Under the pieces are notes generated by a model that was not told the origin of the DNA, did no database searches, and worked only from the letters and a program-made list of their open reading frames with translations. From positions 288,001 to 352,000 of the forward strand of contig CAVSPA010000005.1 of assembly GCA_963729715.1 (NCBI GenBank): a stretch of DNA of 64,000 nt, in the 5' to 3' direction. Below, piece after piece: positions 48,823 through 60,815 of this stretch. This DNA comes from an uncultured delta proteobacterium. Its GTDB lineage: Bacteria > Desulfobacterota > Syntrophia > Syntrophales > UBA2185. How positions within the stretch are numbered: position 1 is the first letter of the stretch; every line of letters begins with the position of its first letter. Position numbers and translations under genes: made by a program.

Positions 48823-50526
48823 ATGCATATGGCTGAAAAGATCAGGTACCAGGATAAACCATGGCTGAAGTTCTATGAAAAGGGAGTACCGGAAAAAATC
48901 AGTTACGAAGAGATATGCATGCCGGATATACTCGACAGGACGGCGAAAGAGTTTACCGATAAGACAGCGCTTATATTTCAGGGGTACAAAGTAACTTATC
49001 GCCAATTTAAGGAAATGGTGGATAAATTCGCAGCATGCCTCGCCGACTTCGGCATTAAGCAGGGAGATGCCGTGGCGATCCTTCTGCCAAACCTGATACC
49101 ATGTGTTGTAGCATATTTTTCCATATTGAAGGTTGGTGCAATTGCGGTGATGAATAACCCCCTCTACACGGACCGCGAGCTCGAGCATCAATTCAATGAC
49201 TCCGGTTCCAAAGCCCTGATCACTCTTGACCTGCTGGCAAACCGGATGATTGATCTCAGACCCAAGACAAAGATCAAGCAGATCGTATACACTTCCATAG
49301 GCGATTATCTGCCATTTCCCAAAAGCCTCCTCTTCCCACTCATCGCTAAAAAGAAAAAGCTTGCCGCAGATGTCAAAGAGGCGCCGGATGTATTTAAGTG
49401 GAAAGATTGCATTGCCAAGTATCCGCAGAGACCGCCGGCTGTTCAATTAGGTTTCGAGGATGTCGCCATGTACCAATACACGGGAGGCACGACAGGAGTA
49501 TCGAAGGGCGTAATGCTCACCCATGCCAACCTAAGCAAACAGGTCCAGCAGTTGGAAGCGTGGTTTCCCCAATTTGAGAAGGGAATGCAAACAGTCCTGG
49601 GGGCGCTGCCGTATTTTCATGTTTTCGGCCTTTCGACAGCCATGAATTTTGCTGTCCACACAGGTGCAAATCAAGTATTGGTTCCGAGGCCCCAGCCCGA
49701 GCCTCTTCTGGAGGCCATAGGAAAATTCAAGCCCACATTCGCAGCACTCGTGCCTACCATGTACATCGGAATGCTCAATCACCCTGCCCTGAAAGAAACT
49801 GACATGAGTTGCATCAGAGGTGCCTTTTCCGGAAGCGCTCCTCTCCCCGTAGAAGTCATCCATGAATTTGAGAGAATAACAGGGGCCGTAATTGTTGAAG
49901 GATTCGGCTTGACAGAAACGACACCGGTTACCCATATCAATCCTTTCGGGGGTGTCCGTAAAGTAGGCAGTATCGGTGTGCCCATCTCCGACACTGAGTG
50001 CCGCATTGTCAGCCTTGACGACGGTGTGACAGATATGCAGACAGGGGAGCCTGGAGAGCTGATCATCAGGGGACCGCAAGTTATGAAGGGCTACAAGGAC
50101 ATGCCGGACGAGACGGCAAACACGCTTCGTAACGGCTGGTGTTATACAGGAGACATCGCCACAATCGATCAGGATGGATATTTCTATATTGTGGATCGAA
50201 AGAAGGATATGATCATATCCGGCGGTTTCAATATCTACCCAAGGGATATTGACGAGGTATTATACGAGCACCCCAAGGTGCAAGAAGCATGTACTATCGG
50301 AATCCCCGATCCCAAGAGAGGGGAAAACGTGAAGGTATTCGTAGTCCTCAAGCAAGGAGCAACGGCGACCCAGGAAGAACTTCTGGAATATTGTGCAACA
50401 AAGCTGGCGAAATACAAACTCCCCGCAGAGATTGAGTTCCGCAAAGAGCTGCCGAAAACAAATGTGGGGAAAATCCTGCGTAAGCAGCTCAGAGCCGAGG
50501 AGCTGGAAAAAAGAAAAAAGAAATAG
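48823..50526 (+). CDS. fadD: Long-chain fatty acid-CoA ligase
   Basis: YTGGTTGVSKG, EGFGLTE, TGD, LPKTNVGKILR. Confidence 0.93.
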   Translation: MHMAEKIRYQDKPWLKFYEKGVPEKISYEEICMPDILDRTAKEFTDKTALIFQGYKVTYRQFKEMVDKFAACLADFGIKQGDAVAILLPNLIPCVVAYFSILKVGAIAVMNNPLYTDRELEHQFNDSGSKALITLDLLANRMIDLRPKTKIKQIVYTSIGDYLPFPKSLLFPLIAKKKKLAADVKEAPDVFKWKDCIAKYPQRPPAVQLGFEDVAMYQYTGGTTGVSKGVMLTHANLSKQVQQLEAWFPQFEKGMQTVLGALPYFHVFGLSTAMNFAVHTGANQVLVPRPQPEPLLEAIGKFKPTFAALVPTMYIGMLNHPALKETDMSCIRGAFSGSAPLPVEVIHEFERITGAVIVEGFGLTETTPVTHINPFGGVRKVGSIGVPISDTECRIVSLDDGVTDMQTGEPGELIIRGPQVMKGYKDMPDETANTLRNGWCYTGDIATIDQDGYFYIVDRKKDMIISGGFNIYPRDIDEVLYEHPKVQEACTIGIPDPKRGENVKVFVVLKQGATATQEELLEYCATKLAKYKLPAEIEFRKELPKTNVGKILRKQLRAEELEKRKKK

Positions 50527-50536
50527 CGACAACCCC

Positions 50537-50584
50537 AAAATCCCCCTGACCTTCCCTTTACCGAAGGGAGGATGGGGGATTTTT
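50537..50584. terminator. Bidirectional hairpin between convergent genes
   Basis: AAAATCCCCC...CCTTCCCTT...AAGGGAGG...GGGGGATTTT. Confidence 0.65.
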
Positions 50585-50622
50585 GCGCCTGAACTCCTTA
50601 TTACGGAGCCTTTCCTCTAATT

Positions 50623-51831
50623 CTATGCCCCGAACTTCTCGAGTCTCCCGGCATGGGCCAAGGCAAGCCCCATCAGATGGACCATCGGCATCCTTCCCAA
50701 CCCACCTGAGATACAGTCTCTTTCGCCAAACCGCTTTACGCGGTCCGGCCTCGCGGTTGCCGAATAGAGGAGAATCGGCAACGGATGCCAGCTATGGGAG
50801 GCAAGAGCAGCCGGGGTGGAGTGATCACCTGTAATAACCAATACGTCAGGTTTGAGATCCGTAACCATGGGGACAAGCGAGTCCACCTCTTCGATAACCT
50901 TCACCTTCGCATCGAAATTGCCATCTTCGCCCCGCGAATCCGTTGCCTTGACATGAACGAAGAAGAAGTCATACTTTCCGTAGTTTTCGCGTAGGGCCAT
51001 AATTTCCCCTTTAAGCGAATCTGGCTGAGGGCCAATAACCATGCCCAGAAGCCGTGCAATGCCGCGGTACATAGGATAGGTGGCAATGGCCAAGGCATTG
51101 AGACCGAACCGTTCGCTTAAGTACGGATACCTTCTGTACGTGGAATAGCCTCGGAGGAGAAGCATATTCGCCTTCTCTTCATCGGAAAGCACTTCCTTCG
51201 CCTTGTCGATAAGCTTCTGAAGAATACCAGATGTTTCTTCCGCTTCTGGGATGAGAGCTTTCGGCGGTAACGCCTGAAGCCCCGTCTTTTGCGGGTCCGT
51301 CTCTTGAATCTCCTCCCGGAGGCGATCTCTTCTCAGGGCTAAAAGGGCACGGTGTTCCCGAACCGGCTCAAAGATGACCTCGACATCCGATACTTTCTGG
51401 ATCTTGTTCTGCAGTTTTCTGCAGATTCTCTTGTTAGTCTCATTGTCGATCCGGCCTGCGCGGCGATCAGTGATAACACCGTTCTTGTCGATCGTGGCAA
51501 AGTTGATCCTGATAAGGAGATCCCGCTCAGTCATGGGGAAGTCGATCCCGGCTGCCTCCAGTATCCCCCGGCCGATGTTGTTCTTGATCGGATCATAACC
51601 AAAGAGGGCGAAGTGGGCGGGTCCGCTGCCCGGTGTGACCCCATATCCCACAGGGTCCAGAAGGCCGCAGACGGATCTTGCGGCGAGGGCATCCATATTG
51701 GGTGTCTTCGCCGCTTCCAACTCCGTTTGATCCCCTTGTCCCATGGGTAGGCCGCCAAGCCCGTCCATGATGAGAAAAATAATCTTCGTGCTATTTTTTA
51801 CAACAAGGCTGTCAATGAATTCTGGATCCAT
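50623..51831 (-). CDS. apgM: 2,3-bisphosphoglycerate-independent phosphoglycerate mutase (ApgM type)
   Basis: MDGLG, PGSGPAH, DRRAGRI, TGDHSTP, HSWHP. Confidence 0.93.
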   Translation of the reverse strand: MDPEFIDSLVVKNSTKIIFLIMDGLGGLPMGQGDQTELEAAKTPNMDALAARSVCGLLDPVGYGVTPGSGPAHFALFGYDPIKNNIGRGILEAAGIDFPMTERDLLIRINFATIDKNGVITDRRAGRIDNETNKRICRKLQNKIQKVSDVEVIFEPVREHRALLALRRDRLREEIQETDPQKTGLQALPPKALIPEAEETSGILQKLIDKAKEVLSDEEKANMLLLRGYSTYRRYPYLSERFGLNALAIATYPMYRGIARLLGMVIGPQPDSLKGEIMALRENYGKYDFFFVHVKATDSRGEDGNFDAKVKVIEEVDSLVPMVTDLKPDVLVITGDHSTPAALASHSWHPLPILLYSATARPDRVKRFGERDCISGGLGRMPMVHLMGLALAHAGRLEKFGA

Positions 51832-51838
51832 AAGCGCC

Positions 51839-53131
51839 CTATACTCTTTCGAGAACTATGGCCATGCCCTGCCCGCCACCTATACACAATGTAGCCAGGC
51901 CGAGATTCAAATTTTTCTTCTTCATCTGCATGGCAAGGGTGTAAGTAATCCTGGCACCCGTACAACCAATGGGATGGCCGATGGAAATACCGCTTCCGTT
52001 GATGTTGCACTTGTCCATATCAATCTTCAGCTCTCTAATACAGGCCAAGGCCTGGACAGCGAAGGCTTCATTGAGTTCAATCAGATCGATATCTTTCATG
52101 GTCAAGCCGAGTTTCTTGAAAACCTTCCGTGTCGCCGGGATGGGACCCAATCCCATGTAAGCCGGATCAACACCACCCGCGGCAAATCCTTTGATCTTGG
52201 CCAGCGGTTTCAGACCGAGCTCTTTCGCCTTTTCCGCACTCATGACAACTACGGCCGCCGCACCGTCGTTAACACCCGACGAGTTCCCGGCTGTTACCGT
52301 CCCTCCGTCCCTCTTGAAAGCAGGTGCCAGTTTCGCCATTTTCTCAATTGAGGTGTCCATGGGGCGTTCGTCAACTTTAAATATAGTGGGATCGCCTTTC
52401 TTCTGAGGGATTACAACAGGGACAATTTCCGCGGCATATGTACCATTGGCTATGGCAGCCCTTGCCCTCTGATGACTCATCAGAGAAATTTCATCCTGCT
52501 CCCGCCTGGTGATCCCGTATTTTGCCGCGATATTTTCCGCGGTAAAACCCATGTGGTAGCTGTTGAATATTTCGTAGAGGCCGTCATATACCATGACATC
52601 CGTAATCTTGCCGAACGGCATACTCATGCGATATCCCCAGCGGGCATCCGGAAGAACGAACGGTGCATTGCTCATATTTTCCATGCCGCCTGCGACGATT
52701 GCATCCGCGTCACCGGAGTTGATTATCTGTGACGCCAGGGTTATGGCCTTCATACCCGAAGCGCATACCTTGTTAATGGTAAATGCATTGGTCTCTTCCG
52801 GCAGGCCCGCATATATGCTTGCCTGTCTTGCCGGATTCTGTCCGAGGGCCGCCTGGAGCACATTTCCCATGATGCATTCGTCAAAATAGACCGGTTTCAA
52901 TGCACGGTCGTAATCATAGTATTTCTTGTTGATATCCGTCATGTCAAATTCGCCGAACACGTCAGGACGGGCGGCTTTAACAGAATCACTGATGACAGGT
53001 CGCAATCCGGCTCTCTTGACAGCCTCTTTGATAACCAGCGAACCCAAGTCAACAGTCCTAACCCCATTGAGGGCGCACCCAAAACTTCCAACAGCAGTTC
53101 TCGCACCACTCACAATCACAACTTCTCTCAT
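51839..53131 (-). CDS. Acetyl-CoA C-acetyltransferase (thiolase)
   Basis: [25 protein letters not shown]; an insertion of roughly 35 aa near the N-terminus. Confidence 0.96.
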   Translation of the reverse strand: MREVVIVSGARTAVGSFGCALNGVRTVDLGSLVIKEAVKRAGLRPVISDSVKAARPDVFGEFDMTDINKKYYDYDRALKPVYFDECIMGNVLQAALGQNPARQASIYAGLPEETNAFTINKVCASGMKAITLASQIINSGDADAIVAGGMENMSNAPFVLPDARWGYRMSMPFGKITDVMVYDGLYEIFNSYHMGFTAENIAAKYGITRREQDEISLMSHQRARAAIANGTYAAEIVPVVIPQKKGDPTIFKVDERPMDTSIEKMAKLAPAFKRDGGTVTAGNSSGVNDGAAAVVVMSAEKAKELGLKPLAKIKGFAAGGVDPAYMGLGPIPATRKVFKKLGLTMKDIDLIELNEAFAVQALACIRELKIDMDKCNINGSGISIGHPIGCTGARITYTLAMQMKKKNLNLGLATLCIGGGQGMAIVLERV

Positions 53132-53206
53132 ACTTAAGAACCTCCTTACGTTAAAATATCTTGAATTTTGTTTTCTGCTAAACGGCAGATTATTTCTTGC
53201 TGATAC

Positions 53207-54685
53207 CTATGAAACACTTGGCATGTCAATGGATTCAACAAATTCTATTGCACGCGGCACCTTGTAGGATGATAGATAAGTCCTGCAATGCCGCGTAAGT
53301 TCCCTTTCATTCACCGGTATATCGGGATTCCTTACAATCAGGGCCTTGACAATTTCTCCTCTCATGAGATCGGGTTCCCCGATTACCATCGACGCCTGCA
53401 CAGCAGGATGAAGTTCCAGAACCATCTCGACTTCCCGGGGATAGACATTGAAGCCGCTGGTTATAATCATACGTTTCTTTCGTCCTGTCAAAAAAATATA
53501 GCCATCCTCATCTATCTTGGCAAGATCGCTCGTGTGGAGCCAGCCATTCCTGATGACTTGCGCGGTTGCCTCTTCATTCTTATAGTAACCTTTCATCACA
53601 TTGACGCCTCTGATGACAAGTTCTCCGATCTCACCGCGAGGAACCTCGTTACCCCGGTCATCGACTGCCTTGGCTTCGACACCGGGAATGACGGTTCCGA
53701 TCGATCCCGGCTTGTGCGCCATATCTCGCCTTCCCACAGAACATACAGGGGATGCCTCTGTGAGGCCATAACCTTCTCTCAAGATGACGTTAAATTTCTG
53801 CTCGAACACCGGAATAAATTCAGGTGGCATCGTCGAACCACCGGTAATGCAGAACCCTATTGAACTGACATCGTATTTTTCTGCATCGTTATGCATGATC
53901 ATGCCCAAAAAAAGCCGAGGTACAGCAGCAACGTAGGTGACTTTTTCCTTCTCGATAGTACTGAAAATAGCATCCATGGTGATCCGATCCAAGAGAACGA
54001 TGCTGGCACCAATTCGGATGGCGGCCAACATATTAGCCACAGCACCGAAAGCATGAAAAAGAGGAATAACAGCAAGCCCCCGGTCCTTTTCTGCGGCATT
54101 ATATACACTCCAGAGAAGATCAGATTGGGACAGCAGATTGCCATTGGTAAGTACCGCGCCGAGGGGGCGGCCAGTGAGGCCGGCAGTATAGATCATCACA
54201 GCCGGGTCGTCATCAGCAATATCCGGCATCTCAAGGGTAAAAGGCCCTTTCTCGATCATCTCTCTGAATTGAGAAGCGGTGTCAAGGCCACTGGTAGTAA
54301 TGATATGCTTACAGAGCGGGATATCCTCTCTGATTTCCTCGTACCTTTTCGCCAGCGGCGTTTCAGTGATCAGGCATTTCGTGTCGCTGTTTCCTATGAG
54401 ATGGCGAAGCTCATAGGATGTGGACAAAATATTTACCGTGACAGCAACGGCGCCTAATTTCTGAACAGCGAAATAGGATATCACGAATTCCGGGCAGTTG
54501 GGGAGCATGATGGCGACCTTATCCCCTTCTTGAATACCCCTGCTTCTCAATTCATTTCCCAGGGAGTTCACAGCGCTGTGGAGGGCCTCATAGGTTAAGG
54601 ATTTCCCGTCATAGATAGTGGCAGCATTATTTGGGTAACGATGGGCGCTTTCTTCAAGCATTCTTCCCAGACTCATAGCAATCAA
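53207..54685 (-). CDS. Acyl-CoA ligase-family protein with degenerate motifs
   Basis: AMP-binding fold (GYGLTEASP, GFNVYP) but P-loop YTAGLTGRPLG and no C-terminal GK lysine. Confidence 0.85.
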   Translation of the reverse strand: MIAMSLGRMLEESAHRYPNNAATIYDGKSLTYEALHSAVNSLGNELRSRGIQEGDKVAIMLPNCPEFVISYFAVQKLGAVAVTVNILSTSYELRHLIGNSDTKCLITETPLAKRYEEIREDIPLCKHIITTSGLDTASQFREMIEKGPFTLEMPDIADDDPAVMIYTAGLTGRPLGAVLTNGNLLSQSDLLWSVYNAAEKDRGLAVIPLFHAFGAVANMLAAIRIGASIVLLDRITMDAIFSTIEKEKVTYVAAVPRLFLGMIMHNDAEKYDVSSIGFCITGGSTMPPEFIPVFEQKFNVILREGYGLTEASPVCSVGRRDMAHKPGSIGTVIPGVEAKAVDDRGNEVPRGEIGELVIRGVNVMKGYYKNEEATAQVIRNGWLHTSDLAKIDEDGYIFLTGRKKRMIITSGFNVYPREVEMVLELHPAVQASMVIGEPDLMRGEIVKALIVRNPDIPVNERELTRHCRTYLSSYKVPRAIEFVESIDMPSVS

Positions 54686-54814
54686 TACCTCGCGGCGATT
54701 TTGACCTACTTAACACATATCGGTGCTTTTTTTCAAGCAGAACTATAGTTATGGAGACTCATTTCTCCTTGATGGGACGATATTTTTCACCTATAATGTA
54801 ACCTGCAAATAGTC

Positions 54815-55366
54815 ATGTTGAAAGATTGGGAGGGAAGCGTGAAGAATATTGTAATCGGTGTTCTCTTGGCACTGTTGTGGAATACATCTGCAATCGCTGC
54901 GGAACTGAGGACAGGGGATCGAGCCACTGATTTCAGTCTGAAAGACTCACTCGGCAAGGAATACACTCTAAATTCATCGGAATTGAAGGGCAGGGTTTTG
55001 TACTTCAATTACTCAGACCCCGGCTCAAAAGATATGAATAAACATGTCGATGATGCCCTCAAAGGCGATCCGGGGTTGGACCGGAGAAAGAGCTATATCG
55101 GATTGGGCATTGCCAATATGAAAGCGAGCCTACTGCCCGATTTTGCAATTGCACGGGTAATAAAAAACAAGCAGCAGGAGACGGGCGCTACTATCCTTCT
55201 CGATGATAACTACATCATACTGAATAGCTGGGGATTGAAAAATAAGGTATCCAATGTTGTCGTGCTGGATAAGGAGAGGATCTGCCGATATATCTATAAA
55301 GGGAAACTCCCTACGGCTGAGGTTGAAAGGCTGATTAGCATAATTAAAGAGTATCAGGTGAAATAG
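54815..55366 (+). CDS. YtfJ-like exported thioredoxin-fold protein
   Basis: Signal peptide, GDRATDFSLKD start, ILLDD...WGL, no CxxC. Confidence 0.65.
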   Translation: MLKDWEGSVKNIVIGVLLALLWNTSAIAAELRTGDRATDFSLKDSLGKEYTLNSSELKGRVLYFNYSDPGSKDMNKHVDDALKGDPGLDRRKSYIGLGIANMKASLLPDFAIARVIKNKQQETGATILLDDNYIILNSWGLKNKVSNVVVLDKERICRYIYKGKLPTAEVERLISIIKEYQVK

Positions 55367-55416
55367 ACGCACTGTCTGCTTTCGGTGTTCATTGTTGTTT
55401 AAAGGATTATTAAACG

Positions 55417-56277
55417 ATGGCTGTGATTATTGACGGCAAGAAGATTGCCCAAGAAATCATCGATGACGTGAAGGCGGAAGTCCTGCGCATGAAAGAAAGA
55501 GTTGGAATAATTCCCGGACTCGCTGTCCTTCTCGTCGGTAATGATCCAGCATCCAAAATCTACATCAGACACAAGGAGAACGCCTGCAAGGCGGCAGCAT
55601 TTTTTTCGCAGGAATTCAAGCTTTCACAAGACACGAGTGAGAAGGAGATCATTGCAATCATCCGTGGACTTAACCATGATAAGAAAATCCATGGCATCTT
55701 AGTGCAGCTACCCCTTCCGAAGCATATCAACCCGACGGCCGTTATCGAAGCAATTGATCCCAGGAAAGACGTCGACGGATTTCATCCGTATAATTTAGGG
55801 CGGCTCTTTACTGGCAATCCGTATCACATGGCATGCACACCTAAAGGCATACTGGAACTTATGGATCGGAGTTCGATTGCCATAGAAGGGAAGAGAGCCG
55901 TCATCGTCGGTCGAAGCAATATCGTGGGAAAACCGGTTGCACTCATGCTTCTCAACAGACATGCTACTGTTACTGTTTGTCACACGAAAACAAAACAGTT
56001 GGCGTTAGTCACAAGGCAAGCAGAGATCCTCATTGCCGCTGCCGGACGGCCGGAAATGATCAGGGCCGATATGGTCGGCGACGGCGCCGTGATAATAGAC
56101 GTAGGTATAAACAGAAGGGATGACGGCCGTTTGGTGGGAGATGTGGCATTCTCTGAGGTACTTGAGAAAGCATCCTTCATCACGCCTGTACCCGGCGGCG
56201 TAGGACCCATGACGATTGCCATGCTGCTCGTCAATACCCTCAATGCCGCCCCCGGCCGGATGCCAAGGTCAAAATAA
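55417..56277 (+). CDS. folD: Methylene-THF dehydrogenase/cyclohydrolase
   Basis: IDGK, VQLPLP, KDVDGFHP, GRSNIVGKP, TPVPGGVGPMT. Confidence 0.98.
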   Translation: MAVIIDGKKIAQEIIDDVKAEVLRMKERVGIIPGLAVLLVGNDPASKIYIRHKENACKAAAFFSQEFKLSQDTSEKEIIAIIRGLNHDKKIHGILVQLPLPKHINPTAVIEAIDPRKDVDGFHPYNLGRLFTGNPYHMACTPKGILELMDRSSIAIEGKRAVIVGRSNIVGKPVALMLLNRHATVTVCHTKTKQLALVTRQAEILIAAAGRPEMIRADMVGDGAVIIDVGINRRDDGRLVGDVAFSEVLEKASFITPVPGGVGPMTIAMLLVNTLNAAPGRMPRSK

Positions 56278-56309
56278 AAACCCCCTCTCATTCTCAGGGA
56301 GGGGGTTTT
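56277..56309. terminator. Bidirectional terminator between folD and mdh
   Basis: AAAACCCCCTC...GAGGGGGTTTT. Confidence 0.8.
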
Positions 56310-56333
56310 AACAGCGCGTAAGCTCGTACTCAA

Positions 56334-57314
<981 letters not shown>

Positions 57315-57353
57315 TCAAAATATTAGCCGGTTTTTGACCGGTGAAAGTTATCT

Positions 57354-58181
57354 TCACACCGTGTGAGGAGGAGCCTCAATTTTCGCTTTGTACGTAGCCT
57401 TATCGGGTTGCTTGTGAAGATGCGCACATTTATGCTTCGCCAAACCGAAGTAGCTGAGAACCAGATCCTTTTTCATAAGTTGTATAGCCCGTGCCGGGTC
57501 AACGCCCTTGGGGCATACATTGGAACATTCTCCGGCATAGTGACAGCTGAAAATCCCGTGGCTTGCAGCAACAAGATCCCCGCGGGCAGCGCGCGCATCG
57601 TCACGGGAATCGGCATTGTAGCGGTATGCCTGGGCTAATGGCGCCGGTCCCGGATACTCCCTGTCAGTAGCCATAGTCGGACATGCTGCCATGCAGCAAC
57701 CACACTTGATGCAGTATGTAAACTGGAGGAATTCCTCCAGCTGGTGTGGCGTCTGGTAATATTCATAAGTCGGCTTTTCCATTTCTTCCACATCGTTTCT
57801 CCGGATATGCAGTTGCAGTCCCTTGAGAACGCCAAACATGGGAACGAGATCAGCCACGAGGTCCTTGATAAGTTTAAAGTTGGGTAACGGCGCCAGCGTC
57901 AGCGCGGTCGTCGTCACATCAAGAATCTGTGTGTTACAGGACAGTGCTGGCACCCCATTAATCATCATTCCACAGGAGCCACAAACACCCATGCGGCAGG
58001 AAAAGCGGAAATTAATGGTGGGGTCCTGTGTCTGTTTGATCATGTGCAGCCCGTCGAGGACCGTCATCCCCTTTTCCACTTGAAGTGTATATTGCTGCTG
58101 CCGGGGAGCTGCATCCTTCTCCGGATCAAAGCGACGAATATACACCGCAATGCTATTTACTTTCTCAGTTTCTTTTTCCAT
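57354..58181 (-). CDS. sdhB: Succinate dehydrogenase/fumarate reductase Fe-S subunit
   Basis: SCRMGVCGSC, CIKCGCCMAACP, CHYAGECSNVCP. Confidence 0.95.
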   Translation of the reverse strand: MEKETEKVNSIAVYIRRFDPEKDAAPRQQQYTLQVEKGMTVLDGLHMIKQTQDPTINFRFSCRMGVCGSCGMMINGVPALSCNTQILDVTTTALTLAPLPNFKLIKDLVADLVPMFGVLKGLQLHIRRNDVEEMEKPTYEYYQTPHQLEEFLQFTYCIKCGCCMAACPTMATDREYPGPAPLAQAYRYNADSRDDARAARGDLVAASHGIFSCHYAGECSNVCPKGVDPARAIQLMKKDLVLSYFGLAKHKCAHLHKQPDKATYKAKIEAPPHTV

Positions 58182-58194
58182 TTTCTCACCCTTC

Positions 58195-58566
58195 CTATAG
58201 CGCTGTTTCCAAGGCTTTTGCCGCTATGGCTGCATACGTGCCAATACCGAAGAGAACCAGCCCGACTATCCACAATACAACAGTGAATCCGTCCTGAAAA
58301 GATTTCTTGGGCCCGAGTTCAAACACAATCGTCCTCAACCCATAAAACCCATGGTATAATACTGCGCCCAAAAGGATTATATAGGTAAATGCAAGGAACT
58401 GATTCTGGCTTCGGAAGGCGACGTTTCCCCAGTCTGTGACGGCACCACCTTCTGGATTAAAGACTCCAAACATGGGCAGATGCATAACCACCATATGCAA
58501 TCCTGCAATGACGAGAATTACGAGTGCTGCAATGATAAACCAAGTCCAGTATGCGGTTTCCCTCAT
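58195..58566 (-). CDS. sdhD: Succinate dehydrogenase membrane anchor subunit D
   Basis: Three transmembrane helices, YHGFYGLR heme motif; SD GGAGG before ATG 58566. Confidence 0.85.
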   Translation of the reverse strand: MRETAYWTWFIIAALVILVIAGLHMVVMHLPMFGVFNPEGGAVTDWGNVAFRSQNQFLAFTYIILLGAVLYHGFYGLRTIVFELGPKKSFQDGFTVVLWIVGLVLFGIGTYAAIAAKALETAL

Positions 58567-58579
58567 GAGACTACCTCCC

Positions 58580-59017
58580 TCAATGACTTCCAAAGATAGT
58601 ATTGTACCCTCCGGCAATGATGATAATGGCTACAAGAACCATTGCTACCACCATCAAGGGTCTTTGATTGTTAAGAGACGACTTGTAAGGATATACCGGC
58701 TCCTCGGCTTTACCCACGGCCAAGCCGAGCTCAATTAAAATAAGGCGGATGCCATTCAGTGCATGGAACGCAAAAAGCACAAAAACACAGAATTCGCCAA
58801 GCTTCAAAACCGGATTTTTCAAGATCTTCATGGCTGCCGCCCAACTTTCGGGGCCGCAGATCCTGACAGAGCTTGCAAATATATGCATCATGAAGAAGAG
58901 AAGAAGACCAAGCCCTGTGAGACGCTGCAAAATATAGAGATATCTTTCCACTCCCCAGCGGCCGCCGCCGAGCCATCCAACTATTCCCAAATGGTTATCG
59001 AATTGTTTGTTTGCCAT
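58580..59017 (-). CDS. sdhC: Succinate dehydrogenase cytochrome b subunit C
   Basis: QRLTG, FHALNGIR. Confidence 0.88.
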   Translation of the reverse strand: MANKQFDNHLGIVGWLGGGRWGVERYLYILQRLTGLGLLLFFMMHIFASSVRICGPESWAAAMKILKNPVLKLGEFCVFVLFAFHALNGIRLILIELGLAVGKAEEPVYPYKSSLNNQRPLMVVAMVLVAIIIIAGGYNTIFGSH

Positions 59018-59028
59018 CTTTCTTCCCC

Positions 59029-60759
59029 CTAATATTTACGCTCAACCGGTTTCCACTTGGTGATTGTTACCGGCTTATAAGAAAGTTTCGGTCCCTGCTC
59101 CGTGTACGTGACTAACGTGTGCTTGAGCCACTTATCATCGTCGCGATTCGGGAAATCATAACGGGCATGTCCACCCCGCGATTCTTCCCTGGTCAGTGCT
59201 GCTAAAACGAGGATTTCAGCGAGATCGAGGAGATTTTGGACTTCCATTGAATTCATCAGGTTCGTATTATAGACGGTCCCTTTATCCGCAATGGAGATAT
59301 TCTTATAACGTTCTTTTAGTTCCCTTACCTTTTTCAAACCGGCACTCATCTCAGCTCCCGTCCGGTAAACACCTACATAAAGGTCCATCGTCTCCCGCAG
59401 TTCTTTTTTAATATCGTACAGGTTTTCCGTGCCTTTTTTCTGGAGGATATCTTCATAGATACGCTTCTGCTCTGCGCCGACCTGTTCATTAGGCACATCG
59501 AGCAGTGGCGGATTGCTCTTTACATATTTAACAATTTCTCCTCCCGTAATTCCTCCCCATACGACGCATTCTGCAGTGGAATTGCATCCGAGACGATTGG
59601 CGCCGTGCATAGAATGGCAGGCCACTTCGCCAGCTGCCCATATCCCCTTCATTTTGGTGGCACCATTAATGTCCGCTTCAACTCCGCCCATGCTGTAGTG
59701 GGCGACAGGTCGCACGGGAATTGGTTCAAGGATCGGATCGATACCGCGATACTTCATACAGACTTCACGGATCAAGGGTAGCGCCTGATTGATTTTCTGG
59801 GCTCCCAAATGAGTAAGGTCAAGCTGGATATAGTCCAACCCCCCAGGCCCTTTAAATCCTCGACCTTCTTTAATCTCCGTAATCATGGATCGTGAAACAA
59901 TGTCACGTGGCGCCAGTTCCATGAATTTCGAAGCATACTTTTCCATGAGACGTTTGCCTTCGTTGTTCCTCAGGTATCCGCCTTCACCCCGGCACGCCTC
60001 CGTCATGAGAATGCCGCTGGGAATAAGTCCTGTGGGATGAAACTGGAGGAATTCCGGGTCCTCAATGTTTATCCCCGCGCGATACGCTATTGCATGACCA
60101 TCGCCGCTCACGGTCTGTGAATAGGTGGTAAAACCATAAAGGGTTCCCAGACCACCAGTGGCTATGAGCATCGCTTTTCCCCTTATTACCATAAATCGGC
60201 CGGTTGCCATATCAATCCCTGTAATGCCGGCAAAAACGCCGTCTTTATGGAGGATCGAGGTGGCAAAGAATTCATCGTAGCGTGCAAAATTACTGTACTG
60301 CATCAGAGTGTCATACAGAGTCTGTACCTCAAAGGCACCTGTTTTGTCCGCTCCCATCGTAGCTCTCGGAAAAGTGTGTCCTCCGAACGGACGCTGCATG
60401 ATCTTGCCGTCAGGTCGTCTTGACCATGGCATCCCCCAGTGATCAAGCAGCAGTATCTCTTTAGGACTGGTTTCCACAAAGCGATCAACTACGTCCTGAT
60501 CAGCAAGGAAGTCAGAGCCTTTGACGGTGTCCCACGCATGAAGCTCCAGGTTGTCTCCATCTTCCTCTCGCATCACAGCTGCAGTGCCTCCTTCAGCACA
60601 TACTGAATGGGGACGCTGTATCTGCACCTTCGATACAAGAGCCACATTAATCGAGTCTTTTGATTTTCGGGCGATCTCTACTGCCGCTCGAAGCCCAGCC
60701 AATCCCGTTCCAAAAATCAAGACATCGTGTGTAACTATTTCCACTTCATTTGTCTTCAT
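59029..60759 (-). CDS. sdhA: Succinate dehydrogenase/fumarate reductase flavoprotein subunit
   Basis: HSVCAEGG, QFHPTG, HYSMGG, HGANRLG, ESRGGH; start could extend to 60819. Confidence 0.96.
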   Translation of the reverse strand: MKTNEVEIVTHDVLIFGTGLAGLRAAVEIARKSKDSINVALVSKVQIQRPHSVCAEGGTAAVMREEDGDNLELHAWDTVKGSDFLADQDVVDRFVETSPKEILLLDHWGMPWSRRPDGKIMQRPFGGHTFPRATMGADKTGAFEVQTLYDTLMQYSNFARYDEFFATSILHKDGVFAGITGIDMATGRFMVIRGKAMLIATGGLGTLYGFTTYSQTVSGDGHAIAYRAGINIEDPEFLQFHPTGLIPSGILMTEACRGEGGYLRNNEGKRLMEKYASKFMELAPRDIVSRSMITEIKEGRGFKGPGGLDYIQLDLTHLGAQKINQALPLIREVCMKYRGIDPILEPIPVRPVAHYSMGGVEADINGATKMKGIWAAGEVACHSMHGANRLGCNSTAECVVWGGITGGEIVKYVKSNPPLLDVPNEQVGAEQKRIYEDILQKKGTENLYDIKKELRETMDLYVGVYRTGAEMSAGLKKVRELKERYKNISIADKGTVYNTNLMNSMEVQNLLDLAEILVLAALTREESRGGHARYDFPNRDDDKWLKHTLVTYTEQGPKLSYKPVTITKWKPVERKY

Positions 60760-60815
60760 ATTTCTACCATCCAATTGTCTAAGTTGTGAAAATAAATTGA
60801 GGGTGTCTCTCTGGA

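Noticed and set aside
53132..53209. TAG read-through fusing the ligase homolog to the thiolase (25 open in-frame codons)
   Set aside because: Plausible by chance; the linker has no GK motif and the thiolase has its own SD (AAGGAGG).
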